Part shown: positions 8,248 to 17,976 of the stretch, piece after piece
How positions within the stretch are numbered: position 1 is the stretch's first letter
How the letters are laid out: the number at the start of each line of letters is the position of its first letter
NCBI GenBank assembly: GCA_963812415.1
Contig: CAWEVH010000026.1
Location: 68,973 to 132,972, forward strand
DNA from: an uncultured Thermoleophilaceae bacterium
Lineage (GTDB): Bacteria > Actinomycetota > Thermoleophilia > Solirubrobacterales > Thermoleophilaceae
Direction of reading: 5' to 3'
Length of the DNA: 64,000 nt
Translations under genes and position numbers: made by a program
Notes under the pieces: generated by a model
The model's database searches: none
The model's input: the letters and a program-made list of their open reading frames with translations, nothing else
Told to the model about the DNA's origin: nothing

Positions 8248-9364
8248 GCGGCGGCGCCTCCTCCTCGGCCGGCTCGAGCTCGCGCTCCAGGCTCTCCGGG
8301 AGGTCGATCTCGGCGCGGCGGCGCTCGGCCTCGGCCTCGTCGAGCGGCTTGACCCAGAACTCCTCGACGCAGATCACGAGCAGCGCGAGGATCGGCACCG
8401 CCACGAACAGGCCGACGAAGCCGAACAGCTGTCCCACGACCACCACGCCGACGGCGATCAGGGCCGGGTGCAGCCGGGTGCGCTGCGCCATCACGACCGG
8501 GATCGTCACGTTGCTCTCGAGCTGCTGCACGACGATGTAGACGACGAGCGTGAGAATCGCCTTGCCGGGCGAGTCGGTGAGCGCGAACAGCACCGGCGGG
8601 ATCGCGCCGGCGATCGCGCCGAAGTAGGGCACGACCACGAGCAGCGCCGACAGCACCGCGAAGAAGATCGCGAAGTCGAGCCCGATGGCCGTCAGGCCGA
8701 TCCACAGCAGCACGAACGTGACCAGCATGTCGATGGCCACGCCCTCCATCCAGCCGATCCAGGCGCGGCGGATTCGCATCAGCACGAGGCGCGCGTGCGC
8801 GCGCCGCCCGGGCGTGAACAGGCTCAGCATGCCGTTCACGAGCGGCTCGGGGCGCACCGCCATGTAGTAGGCGGTGATCAGGATGAGGATGAGGGCGCCG
8901 AGCACGCCCGCCACGTTCACCCCGATCGAGGTGATCGGGCCGATCAGCCGTTCGGGGTCGTCGGTGTAGTCCTCGACGAAGTTCTGGACCCTGTCCCCCA
9001 CCTCCCCCGGATCCTGGCCCGTCACGTCGGCGTAGAGCTCCTCGAGGTCGGTCACGATGCTCGGGACCGCCTCCACGAACTCGTCCGTCTGGTCCACGAA
9101 CGGCGGGATCAGCAGGTAGATCACGAGCACGACCGCCGCGACTCCGCCGACCAGCGCCAGCAGGGCGCCGATAGCTCGCGGGATCTTGTGGCGCTCGAGC
9201 CGCGTGGCCGCCGCCGCGAGCGGGATCGCGACCACGATCGTGATCAGGATGGCCAGCAGCAGCGTGACGAGCTGGCGGAAGAGCAGACCGAACAGGAGCA
9301 GTCCGGCCGCAAGGAGAACCGCGCGGTAGGCGACCTGATGCGACGGTGTCCGTTCCTCAGTCAC
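8231..9364 (-). CDS. AI-2E family transporter (PerM/UPF0118)
   Basis: Track ORF 8231..9364. Multi-TM protein with the typical ...VVVPYFGAIAGAIPPVLFAL...VVQQLESNVTIPVVM core. Confidence 0.9.
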   Translation of the reverse strand: MTEERTPSHQVAYRAVLLAAGLLLFGLLFRQLVTLLLAILITIVVAIPLAAAATRLERHKIPRAIGALLALVGGVAAVVLVIYLLIPPFVDQTDEFVEAVPSIVTDLEELYADVTGQDPGEVGDRVQNFVEDYTDDPERLIGPITSIGVNVAGVLGALILILITAYYMAVRPEPLVNGMLSLFTPGRRAHARLVLMRIRRAWIGWMEGVAIDMLVTFVLLWIGLTAIGLDFAIFFAVLSALLVVVPYFGAIAGAIPPVLFALTDSPGKAILTLVVYIVVQQLESNVTIPVVMAQRTRLHPALIAVGVVVVGQLFGFVGLFVAVPILALLVICVEEFWVKPLDEAEAERRRAEIDLPESLERELEPAEEEAPPLRPAS

Positions 9365-9456
9365 CGCTACCGCTTACGGTAAGCGATCGGGTGGCCGCAT
9401 CCCGGTCGCGCGGGGACACGGCCTGCCCCGGGGCCGAAGCCCCGGGGCGGCGTGTG

Positions 9457-9645
9457 TCAGGTCCGGCGCTCCAGGTCGGCCACATCCTGGGCCTTCTCGT
9501 CGGCCCGCTCCTGCGCCTCGGCGAGCTTCTCCTTCTCCTCGCCCTTGCGCTCCTCGCGGCGCCCCTGAGAGCGCATCGAGGCGTCGCCGCTGAGGTCGCC
9601 GGCCGCCTTCTTGGCCCGGCCAGTGATCTTGTCGAGGATGCTCAC
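9457..9645 (-). CDS. CsbD-like general stress protein (62 aa)
   Basis: Tail of track ORF 9457..10290: VSILDKITGRAKKAAGDLSGDASMRSQGRREERKGE.... GTG 9645 has AAGGAG 9 nt upstream. Confidence 0.75.
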   Translation of the reverse strand: MSILDKITGRAKKAAGDLSGDASMRSQGRREERKGEEKEKLAEAQERADEKAQDVADLERRT

Positions 9646-9708
9646 AGTCGTTCGCTCCTTCGGTCGAGTCGGGGGCTCGGGTACCCGTTCCGTTCCCACC
9701 GGAAACCG

Positions 9709-10455
9709 GTGTACGGTGCGCCGGTGACCAACGACGAGGCGCACCGCCTCGCGCGCGGGAAGGGGGTGTCGCGGCCTCTCTATGCGCTGGTGCGGGCGCT
9801 GCTCGTGCCGTTCCTGCGGATCTGGTTCCGGATGCACGTGTCGGGCGCCGAGCACGTGCCGGCCGAGGGCGCGGCGATCGTCGCGCCGAACCACAAGAGC
9901 TTCCTCGACTCGTTCTTCATCGCGGCGTGCACCAAGCGGCAGCTGCGCTTCATGGCGAAGACCGAGCTGATCGAGGCACGCTACGGCCGGCTGCTCGTGC
10001 GCCTCGGGGCCTTCCCCGTGCGGCGCGGCGAGTCGGACGCCGACGCCCTCGAGACCGCCCGCGAGATCCTCCGCCAGGGCGGCCTGCTGGCGCTCTTCCC
10101 CGAGGGCACGCGCATACGTGATCCGGAGGGGCTCGGCCACCCTCGGCGCGGCGCGGGGCGGATCGCGCTCGAGATGGGAGCCCCGCTCGTGCCATGCGCG
10201 ATCACGGGCACCGAGAAGCTCTTCCTCGGGCCGTTTCCGAAGCCGCGGCGAGTGCAGGTCGCGTTCTCCGAGCCGATCCCGGTCCACCACCTCGCCTCCA
10301 CGCCGGACGCGGCCTCGCAGCTCGTCGAGGGCACCCTCTGGCCGGAGGTCGAGGGCGAGTACCGGCGCCTGCGGGCACGGCCGACGCTGATCGCCGCGGC
10401 GTTGGCGGCGCTCGGGATCGGCAGCGGGCTGCTCATCCGGCGTCGGCGCCGCTGA
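9709..10455 (+). CDS. 1-acyl-sn-glycerol-3-phosphate acyltransferase family (PlsC-like)
   Basis: Tail of track ORF 9346..10455. Motifs: NHKSFLD (HX4D), FPEGTR. Start is GTG 9709 or GTG 9724, undecided. Confidence 0.85.
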   Translation: MYGAPVTNDEAHRLARGKGVSRPLYALVRALLVPFLRIWFRMHVSGAEHVPAEGAAIVAPNHKSFLDSFFIAACTKRQLRFMAKTELIEARYGRLLVRLGAFPVRRGESDADALETAREILRQGGLLALFPEGTRIRDPEGLGHPRRGAGRIALEMGAPLVPCAITGTEKLFLGPFPKPRRVQVAFSEPIPVHHLASTPDAASQLVEGTLWPEVEGEYRRLRARPTLIAAALAALGIGSGLLIRRRRR

Positions 10456-10499
10456 CGGGGTGGCCGCCGCCGTCCGGGCGCGGGTCTAGCGTCCTCGCG

Positions 10500-11167
10500 G
10501 TGCGCCTGATCGTCGCCCGCTGCGAGGTCCACTACACCGGCCGCCTCACGGCCCTGCTGCCCGAGGCGCTGCGCCTCGTGATGGTCAAGTCGGACGGCTC
10601 GGTGATGGTCCACGCGGACGCGGGCGGCTACAAGCCCTCCAACTGGATGACCGCGCCCACGGTGATCGAGGAGGAGCCGGGGCGCATCGCCGTGCGAAAG
10701 CTCGGCGGCGAGGACCAGCTCGAGATCCGCATCGCCGAGGTGGTCTCGGACGTGGCCCACGACATGGGCGAGGCCGCTGCCCTCGAGAAGCAGGGGGTCG
10801 AGCGAGAGCTCCAGGAGCTCCTGGCGGGCTCGCCCGGTGGTGCGGCGAGGGGCTGCGGCTGGTGCGGCGCGAGTGGCCCACCGACATCGGGCCGGTCGAT
10901 CTCATGTGCCGGGACGGCGAGGACGGGTTCGTGGCCGTCGAGATCAAGCGGATCGGCACGATCGAGGCGGTCGAGCAGCTCACCCGCTACCTCGAGCGGA
11001 TCCGCGGGGAGCCCGGACTGGCCAACTGCCGCGGGGTGCTCGCCGCCCAGTCGATCAAGCCGCAGGCGCGCGTGCTGGCGGAGTCGCGCGGGATCGAGTG
11101 CGCCGAGGTCGACCTCGCCGTGCTGCGCGGCGAGCGCGAGCCCGACCTCACGCTGTTCGGCGGCTAG
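10500..11167 (+). pseudogene. nucS: Endonuclease NucS (EndoMS), split by a frame break near 10836..10838
   Basis: N-terminal half [16 protein letters not shown]...LQELLAGSP is in the frame of track ORF 10194..11249. C-terminal half [26 protein letters not shown]...VAVEIKR...[10 protein letters not shown] is in the frame of ORF 10862..11167. Total length is 668 nt, one short of a multiple of 3. Confidence 0.85.
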
Positions 11168-11926
11168 CCGCGGCACGGGGAAGCCGCTCTCCTCCATCGC
11201 ACGCTCGACGCGAGCGATCACGGTCTCGATCACCTTCACGCGCGCGTAGGCCTTCGAGTCCGCCTCCACGAGGTGCCAGGGGGCCGGCGGATGGTCGGTG
11301 CGCTCGAGCATCGTCTCCACCGCTGCGAGGTACTCGGGGCGCTTGGCGCGGTTGCGCCAGTCCTCCTCGGTGATCTTCCACTGCTTGAGCGGATCCTTCT
11401 CGCGCTTGCGGAAGCGCTTCAGCTGCTCCTCGTCGGAGATGTGGAGCCAGAACTTGATCAGCACGACGCCCTCCAGGCAGAGGGAGTGCTCGGACTCGAC
11501 GATCGTCTCGTACGCGCGCTCCACCTCCTCGGCGCTGGCGAACCCCTCGACGAGCTCGACGAGCACCCGCCCGTACCAGGAGCGGTCGAGCACCGTCATG
11601 CCGCCGTAGCCGGGCAGCGCCGGCCAGAAGCGCCACATGAAGTGGTGACGCTTCTCGTCGGGCGTGGGCGCCGCGAACTGCGCCACCCGCACGTGGCGCG
11701 GGTCGAGCGGGGCGACCATGCGCTTGAGCGCACCGCCCTTTCCGGACGCGTCCCAGCCCTCGAACAGCACGCAGACCGGCGGGCCGAGCTTGTCCTGGTA
11801 GCCCGCCAGCTTGCCGCCGAGGGCCAGGCGCAGCTCCGTCAGGCGCCGCTGGCCGGCCTCGAGCCGCTCGGCCTCCTGCTTCTTCGTCAGCGACAGCGAC
11901 AGGTCGAGTTCGTCGAGCCGGCCCAT
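11164..11926 (-). CDS. ppk2: Polyphosphate kinase 2
   Basis: Within track ORF 10628..12010, starting at ATG 11926 (MGRLDELD...). Motifs: [11 protein letters not shown] Walker [10 protein letters not shown]. The family-like sequence ends at ...[15 protein letters not shown] near 11170, but the frame as given stays open to 10628, antisense to nucS. The lower bound is set at the out-of-frame TAG inside the GGCTAGCC palindrome (see findings). Confidence 0.7.
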
Positions 11927-11927
11927 G

Positions 11928-12750
11928 TCAGGACACGAAGGCGGCCAGCTCGTCGATCCGGCGCTCGACGTCCTCCGGCGGATCGGCCGGGAGGCGGAAG
12001 ATGCAGCCATCGACGCCCGCCTCGCGCAGCCGCTCGAGCGCGCGCTGCTCGGGCTTGGCGTTGAAGAAGGTCACGGGCACGCGCCGGCCCGGCGCGGTCG
12101 CGCAGCTCGGCGATGCGCTCGGCGAAGCTCTCGACGCTCCTGATCCGGTTGGGCAGCCACTCGTCGCCATAGGCGAGCACGCGGTCGAGCACCTTCTCGC
12201 CGTTGCCGCCCACGAGCACGGGGGGATGCGGGCTCTGCACCGGCTTCGGCCACGACCAGACGCGCTCGAACGACACGTGCTCGCCCGAGTAGGAGGCCTC
12301 GTCCTCCGTCCAGAGCGCCTTCATCGCCTCCACTCGCTCGCGCATGATCGAGAAGCGCCGGCGCGGATCGGTGCCGTGGTTTCGCATCTCCTCGCGGTTC
12401 CACCCCGCGCCGACGCCGAACAGGAAGCGGCCCCCCGAGAGCACGTCGAGCGACGCCACCTCCTTGGCCGTCACGATCGGGTCGCGCTCGATCACGAGGC
12501 AGATGCCGGTGCCGAGCTTGATCCGCGACGTGACGGCGGCCGCCGTGGCGAGCGCGACGAACGGGTCATGCGTGTGCCAGTACTCGCGGGGCAGCTCGCC
12601 GCCGCCAGGGTAGGGCGACTCGCGCGCCGCAGGGATGTGCGTGTGCTCGGGGAACAGCAGGCGCTCGAAGCCGCGCTCCTCGGCCAGCCGGGCCAGGCGC
12701 GCGGGATCGAGCGTGTACTCGGTCGGGAAGATGAACAGGCCTAGCTCCAC
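11928..12750 (-). pseudogene. LLM-class (luciferase-like, probably F420-dependent) oxidoreductase with a frame break near 12081..12095
   Basis: N-terminal part is track ORF 11887..12750 (VELGLFIFPTEYT...GVGAGWNREEM...ERIAELRDRAG). The C-terminus ...RRVPVTFFNAKPEQRALERLREAGVDGCIFRLP... is in ORF 11928..12170. One extra nt sits in a GCCGGGCCGG run. Confidence 0.8.
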
Positions 12751-13949
12751 CGGAGCTCCAGGCGCTCGAGACCGTAGATGCCGTGGACCCCGCCGAGCTC
12801 CGGCTCACCGTCGAGCGCCAGGCCGGGCATTCGCTCGGGCAGGAAGGCGAGCGCCTCCTGAAGCTCCGCGCGCGCCAGGTTCGCGCCGAGGCAGTAGTGG
12901 ATGCCGGCGCCGAACGTGAGCGGCTTGGCGCGACCGCGCTCGGCGAGGATGTCGAACGCGTGCGGGTCTCCGTCCACACCGTCGCGGTTCCCCGTGAAGG
13001 AGCAGACCATCACGACGGTGTCGGCCGGGAAGACGACGTCGCGGTACTCGACCTCCTCGTGGAGCAGCCGCGCGGTGAACGGCGTGATGGGCTCGTAGCG
13101 CAGCAGCTCCTCGACCGCTCGCGGCGCCAGCTCGGGCTCGGCCGCCAGCCGCTCCCACTGGTCCGGGTGCTCGGCGAACACGCGCAGGCCATGCGCGAGC
13201 TGGGACTGCGTGGTGTCGACGCCGCCCACGAGCACGTTCAGCACGAGGTTCATGCACTCGACGTCGGAGAGCCGGTCGCCTTCCTGCTCGGCGGCGATCA
13301 GGGTCGAGATCAGGTCGTCGCCCGGCGTGTCCCTGCGCTGCTCGATCAGCGCACCGGCCCACTCGTAGAACTCGGCGCAGGCGCGCTCGATGGCGTCGCG
13401 CTCGTTCATCAGGCTGGGCGGGTCGAACTGACGCTGGATCAGGTTCGACCACTCGTGCAGCTTGGGCGCGTCGTCGAGCGGCGCGCCCATCACGGTCGCG
13501 ATCGTGAGCGAGGGATAGGGCTTGGCCAGCTCGCCGACGAACTCGCAGCGGCCCCTCCCCTCGAGCGGCGCCCAGAGGCGCTCGAGGAAGTCGCGCATCG
13601 CCGGCCGCCAGCTGTCGGCGGCGCGCGGGGTGAAGGCCGGGTTCACGAGGTTGCGCAGCCGCCCGTGCGCATCGCCGTTGACGTGAAGGATGTTGCGCCG
13701 CATCTGCTCGAGCAGCGGGCCCTCGGGAACCTCGAACATCTCCGCGATACGCATGCCGGGAAACGTCGCGCTCTTGGTGCGCAGGAAGAAGGCGGCGGCA
13801 TCGCGGTCGAGCACGATGAAGCCGATCGGCGAGCTCGCAATCCAGCTCCGCTCGCGCAGCTCGCGCATGGTCTCGTGGAAGCGCTCGCCCTTGAGGTCCG
13901 GGCCGAGGTAGTCGAGCTCCGGAGTTTCGATTTCCGTAACGAGAGGCAC
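12741..13949 (-). CDS. Cytochrome P450
   Basis: Track ORF 12741..14138. Motifs: EELLRYEP (ExxR), heme loop FGAGIHYCLGANLA. I place the start at GTG 13949 so it does not overlap msrA. The stop overlaps the next gene's start (GTGGAGCTAG). Confidence 0.9.
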   Translation of the reverse strand: MPLVTEIETPELDYLGPDLKGERFHETMRELRERSWIASSPIGFIVLDRDAAAFFLRTKSATFPGMRIAEMFEVPEGPLLEQMRRNILHVNGDAHGRLRNLVNPAFTPRAADSWRPAMRDFLERLWAPLEGRGRCEFVGELAKPYPSLTIATVMGAPLDDAPKLHEWSNLIQRQFDPPSLMNERDAIERACAEFYEWAGALIEQRRDTPGDDLISTLIAAEQEGDRLSDVECMNLVLNVLVGGVDTTQSQLAHGLRVFAEHPDQWERLAAEPELAPRAVEELLRYEPITPFTARLLHEEVEYRDVVFPADTVVMVCSFTGNRDGVDGDPHAFDILAERGRAKPLTFGAGIHYCLGANLARAELQEALAFLPERMPGLALDGEPELGGVHGIYGLERLELRWS

Positions 13950-13977
13950 TTGACGCCGGACACTAACCTTGATCGGG

Positions 13978-14634
13978 ATGAGCTTCCTCTTCCGCCATAA
14001 GACCGAGATGCCCGACCCGGCCGACGCCCTGCCCGGCCGTGAAACGCGCGCCTTCGACGTTCCGGACACCCACTTCGTGCTCGGCACCCCGCTCGAGCCG
14101 CCCTTCCCGGAGGGCGTCGAGACGGCCGTGTTCGGCATGGGCTGCTTCTGGGGCGCCGAGCGCGGCTTCTGGGAGGCGCCGGGCGTCTACACCACGGCCG
14201 CCGGCTACGCCGGCGGGAGCACACCGAACCCCACCTACGAGGAGGTGTGCAGCGGTCGCACGGGCCACACCGAGGCGGTGCTGGTCGCCTACCGGCCCGA
14301 CGAGATCTCCTACGAGGACCTGCTCAAGCTGTTCTGGGAGGGGCACAACCCGACGCAGGGCATGCGCCAGGGCAACGACGTCGGCACTCAGTACCGCTCG
14401 GCCGTCTACACGACCACGGACGCCCAGCGCGAGGCGGCGATCGCGTCCCGCGACCGCTACCAGGAGCGCCTTGGCGACGCCGGCTACGGCGAGATCACGA
14501 CGGAGATCACGGACGCCCCCGAGTTCTTCTACGCCGAGGATTACCACCAGCAGTACCTCGCGAAGGTGCCGAACGGCTACTGCGGCCTGGGCGGCACGGG
14601 CGTGTCGTGCCCGGTGGGCGTGGTCGGCGCCTAG
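13978..14634 (+). CDS. msrA: Peptide-methionine (S)-S-oxide reductase
   Basis: [21 protein letters not shown]...[13 protein letters not shown]...[22 protein letters not shown] 13978 lies within track ORF 13969..14634. Confidence 0.9.
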   Translation: MSFLFRHKTEMPDPADALPGRETRAFDVPDTHFVLGTPLEPPFPEGVETAVFGMGCFWGAERGFWEAPGVYTTAAGYAGGSTPNPTYEEVCSGRTGHTEAVLVAYRPDEISYEDLLKLFWEGHNPTQGMRQGNDVGTQYRSAVYTTTDAQREAAIASRDRYQERLGDAGYGEITTEITDAPEFFYAEDYHQQYLAKVPNGYCGLGGTGVSCPVGVVGA

Positions 14635-14716
14635 CGCCGCTGTCTCATCTCAACGGGCGATCTCGTCCGAGTGGGGCTGGTGAGCATGTCAACCCGACGA
14701 CGGCCGCCCGGTCCAG

Positions 14717-15397
14717 TCACTGGTGCCAGGAGCCTACGGCTGCGCGCTTCGACCGACCCGCTCCCCCAGCCCGGCCCCGCAGCCGCGCCATCAGCTTCAG
14801 TCGCTCGTCGGCCTCGCCGGGCCAGTCCCCGACGTCGGCGGGCCACCAGGCCCACTCGTCGTGCTCGTGGTCGGGCACCGGCCGGCAGTCGCCCGCCACC
14901 GTGGCGAGCCCGATGAGCATCGCCATCCCGTTCGATAGCGAGACGAGCGCCTCGACCGACAGTCGCTCGGGCTCGAGCTGCCACTCCTCGGTGAGCTCAC
15001 GCGAGAGCGTGACGGCCGGGCTCTCGCCGAGATCGACGGCGCCGCCCGCCCCGAGCGCCCAGCGTCCCGCCCAGGTGGACACCCAGCCCGCGCGGCGCCC
15101 GGCGAGCCAGCGGCCGTCCTCCGAGCGCACGACGCAGAGCGCGGTCATGCTCCCGTCGGCGTCGTCGAGCAGCCGCAGCGCCCAGCGCACCGGTTGCAGC
15201 TCGAGCCGCAGCCCGGCGCCGTCGGCGCTCCAGCCGGCAAGGCGGCTGGCCATCCCGTCGTGCGCGGGCGAGCCGCGCTCGCGCAGGCCGGTCACCGCGG
15301 CATCGGCGGCGCGCTGGGTGTCCGCGGACGGCTCGTAGGCGTCGTCGCGCCAGAGCACCTCCACCTGGTCGGGACGCCAGGGACCTCGCGCGAGCAT
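14717..15397 (-). CDS. NUDIX hydrolase
   Basis: Track ORF 14717..15475 with an internal ATG at 15397. Nudix box: GGAVDLGESPAVTLSRELTEEWQL. Confidence 0.8.
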   Translation of the reverse strand: MLARGPWRPDQVEVLWRDDAYEPSADTQRAADAAVTGLRERGSPAHDGMASRLAGWSADGAGLRLELQPVRWALRLLDDADGSMTALCVVRSEDGRWLAGRRAGWVSTWAGRWALGAGGAVDLGESPAVTLSRELTEEWQLEPERLSVEALVSLSNGMAMLIGLATVAGDCRPVPDHEHDEWAWWPADVGDWPGEADERLKLMARLRGRAGGAGRSKRAAVGSWHQ

Positions 15398-15437
15398 GCC
15401 GGAGCGCGGCACCACTCGGGAAAATCTAGATGCTCGA

Positions 15438-17141
15438 TCAGGCGGCTTCGACCGAGCCCGCCAGGCCCTCGGCATCGAGCCGGTTGAGCACCGAGAGGAA
15501 GGCGGCCACCACGCGCGCGTCGAACTGCGAGCCGGCGCAGCGCAGCAGCTCGCCGCGCGCCGTGTGCTCGTCGAGCGCCGCCCGGTAGACGCGATCGGCG
15601 GTCATGGCCTCGTAGGAGTCGGCAGCAGCGAGGATCTTCGCCTCGAGCGGGATCCTCACGTCCGGCAGGCCATGCGGGTAGCCGTTGCCGTCGGGCCGCT
15701 CGTGGTGGGCCACGATCCAGGTGCGCAGGTCCTCAAGGCCGCGTCCGCTCAGGATCTGCGCGCCGATCTCCGGGTGGGTGCGGATCTTCTCGAGCTCGGC
15801 CTTGCCGAGCGGACCAGCCTTCTGCAGGATCGCGTCGGGCAGGCCCATCTTGCCGATGTCGTGCAGGATGCCCGCCACCTCAACGCGCCTGACGCGCTCC
15901 GGCGGCAGGCCGAGCTCGGCCGCGATCAGGCCGCAGTAGCGGCCGACCGTGCGCGAGTGGTCCGCGGTGCCGGTGTCGCGCAGGTCGAGCGCCTCCGCCA
16001 GCGAGAGCAGCGTCGCGAGCTGCACCTCGTCCGCGCCGCGGCCGCCCTCGGGCGCGAAGATCGCCGAGATCTCGCGGTTGAAGATCACCGCTCGGTTGCG
16101 CCCGAGCGCCTTGGCCGCGTACAGCGCCTGGTCCGCGGCCTCGAGCACCGCGTCGGCGGAGCGGCCGTGGTCGGGGAAGGTCGCGACGCCGAACGAGAAT
16201 GTGAGCCCCGCCGGGTCGTCATGGAAGGCCTGCTCGACGGCGGCCAGCAGGCGCTCCGAGACCAGATAGGCCTCGTGCTCGGTCGCCTCCGGCAAGAGGA
16301 TCGTGAACTCCTCGCCGCCCGTCCTCGCGATCGAGTCCATCGAGCGGCGGTGGCGCTCGAGGATCTCGCCCACGCGCACGAGCGCCTGGTCGCCCGCCCG
16401 GTGGCCCAGCCGGTCGTTCACGGACTTGAAGTGGTCGAGGTCGCCGATCACGATCGAGAAGGGCCTCTCCGAGCGCTCGGCGCGCGCGACCTCCGCCTCG
16501 AGCTCGCTGTCGAGAGCGAGCCGGTTCTTGAGCCCGGTGAGGGCGTCGGTGAGCGCGGCGTCGGAGAGCCGGTGAACGAGCTGCACCACGGCGTCGCGGA
16601 CGGAGCGCAGCAGCACGGCGGCCGGAAACAGGATTCCCATGACCGTGAGCCAGGTGCCGGCCACCGCCTCGGGCGGGGCGGTGGCCACCAACACCGCCAG
16701 GTAGGCCGCCGCCAGCAGTCCGAACTGCGCCGCGGCGCCGCGCACCGAGAAGAAGTAGCCCACGTAGAGCGCGAGCCACACGTACAGCATCTCCCCCGAC
16801 AGCGAGGTGCCGGTGCCCGCGCTCAGCGCGTGCGCGGAGACCAGCAGCGTCCCGAGGGCTGTGGCCGCGTGCATCATCCTCGGCCCGACCCGGTTGGCGA
16901 ACAGGTAGAGGCCGAGCGCCACCAGAGCGCAGACGAGCGGGATCGCGAGATGGACGGGCCCGAAGCGGCTCGTCAGGATCGCGACGGCGAGCAGCACCAG
17001 CGCCTCGCCGCCGAAGATCGCGGATGCCACGCGCGCGGCCACGAGCGAGCTCGGCTCGACCGCCGAGATCTCCGAGAGCGACGGCACGCGTCGTTCCCCC
17101 TGTTGTCCCGGGACAGGGAGCATTGCCCAGGTTGTCGGCAC
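15438..17141 (-). CDS. Membrane-anchored GGDEF diguanylate cyclase fused to an HD-GYP phosphodiesterase domain
   Basis: N-terminal multi-TM region, then GGEEFTILL and HDIGKMGLP...HHERPDGNGYPHGL. Confidence 0.9.
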   Translation of the reverse strand: MPTTWAMLPVPGQQGERRVPSLSEISAVEPSSLVAARVASAIFGGEALVLLAVAILTSRFGPVHLAIPLVCALVALGLYLFANRVGPRMMHAATALGTLLVSAHALSAGTGTSLSGEMLYVWLALYVGYFFSVRGAAAQFGLLAAAYLAVLVATAPPEAVAGTWLTVMGILFPAAVLLRSVRDAVVQLVHRLSDAALTDALTGLKNRLALDSELEAEVARAERSERPFSIVIGDLDHFKSVNDRLGHRAGDQALVRVGEILERHRRSMDSIARTGGEEFTILLPEATEHEAYLVSERLLAAVEQAFHDDPAGLTFSFGVATFPDHGRSADAVLEAADQALYAAKALGRNRAVIFNREISAIFAPEGGRGADEVQLATLLSLAEALDLRDTGTADHSRTVGRYCGLIAAELGLPPERVRRVEVAGILHDIGKMGLPDAILQKAGPLGKAELEKIRTHPEIGAQILSGRGLEDLRTWIVAHHERPDGNGYPHGLPDVRIPLEAKILAAADSYEAMTADRVYRAALDEHTARGELLRCAGSQFDARVVAAFLSVLNRLDAEGLAGSVEAA

Positions 17142-17217
17142 CCTGCCCCAGGAGGGTGATCGAACGTTTGCCTATGGCCGAATGAAGATGGCGCAATCCC
17201 GCTCTGCGAGCGGGATC

Positions 17218-17924
17218 TCAGGCGCCCAGCTCGTCCCGCAGCGATGAGAGCCCGGCGCGCAGCTCGGCCACCTCGCGCTCGAGGCGCTCGACACGCTCGT
17301 CGAGGCCGTGCGCGGGCGGCGGCGGCGCGGGCGGTGCGGCGGCGGCGGGTCGGTGCGGCGGCGGCGCGGCCGGCGGCGGTCGGGTTCGGATGCGGGGACC
17401 GCCGGTGGCGCGGCGGGCGCGGCCCCCTCCTCCTCGTCCCCGACCGCGCCGAGCAGCTGCCGGTAGCGCTCCTCGCGCTGGCCGGGCCGCCGTCCCAGGC
17501 GCTCCACCAGCCGCCGCTCGGAGAGGCGCCCGAGCACCTCCTCGAGCTCGGCGGCCCCGCCGAACGAGTGCAACCGATCGCTGCGGGCGCGCAGCTCACC
17601 CGGCGTCTGCGGACCGCGCAGCATCAGCACGCACAGGAGCGCGACCTCGGCCTGGTCGAGGCCGAGGGTGCGATCGAGCGTGTGCCGGTACTTCATCGCG
17701 CGCCGGTTCGACCAGCTCGCGAGCGTCGCCCACTTGCGGTGCACGAGGCGATCGAGCGCGCCGCGGATCTCGCCCTCGTCGTAGTTCACCACCGGATCGC
17801 GGTTGGTCGACTGGTTGCAAGCCAGCCGCAGCGAGTTGAGCGTGAGCGGATACACGTCCGGCGTCGTGCGCTGCTTCTCGATCAAGCAGCCGAGCACGCG
17901 GATCTCGGCGGCGTCCGGCTCCAT
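17218..17924 (-). pseudogene. YceH/DUF480 family protein with a frame break in a GGC/GCC repeat near 17370..17395
   Basis: Track ORF 17172..17924 starts MEPDAAEIRVLGCLIEKQRTTPDVYPLTLNSLRLACNQSTNRDPV. The expected coiled-coil end AHGLDERVERLEREVAELRAGLSSLRDELGA followed by a stop (TGA 17220..17218) is in a different frame by my own translation. Confidence 0.7.
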
Positions 17925-17976
17925 CGGTCGGGGAGCCTACCCGGGCACGCGGGCGCTCGGCTGCCATCCTCGGGGA

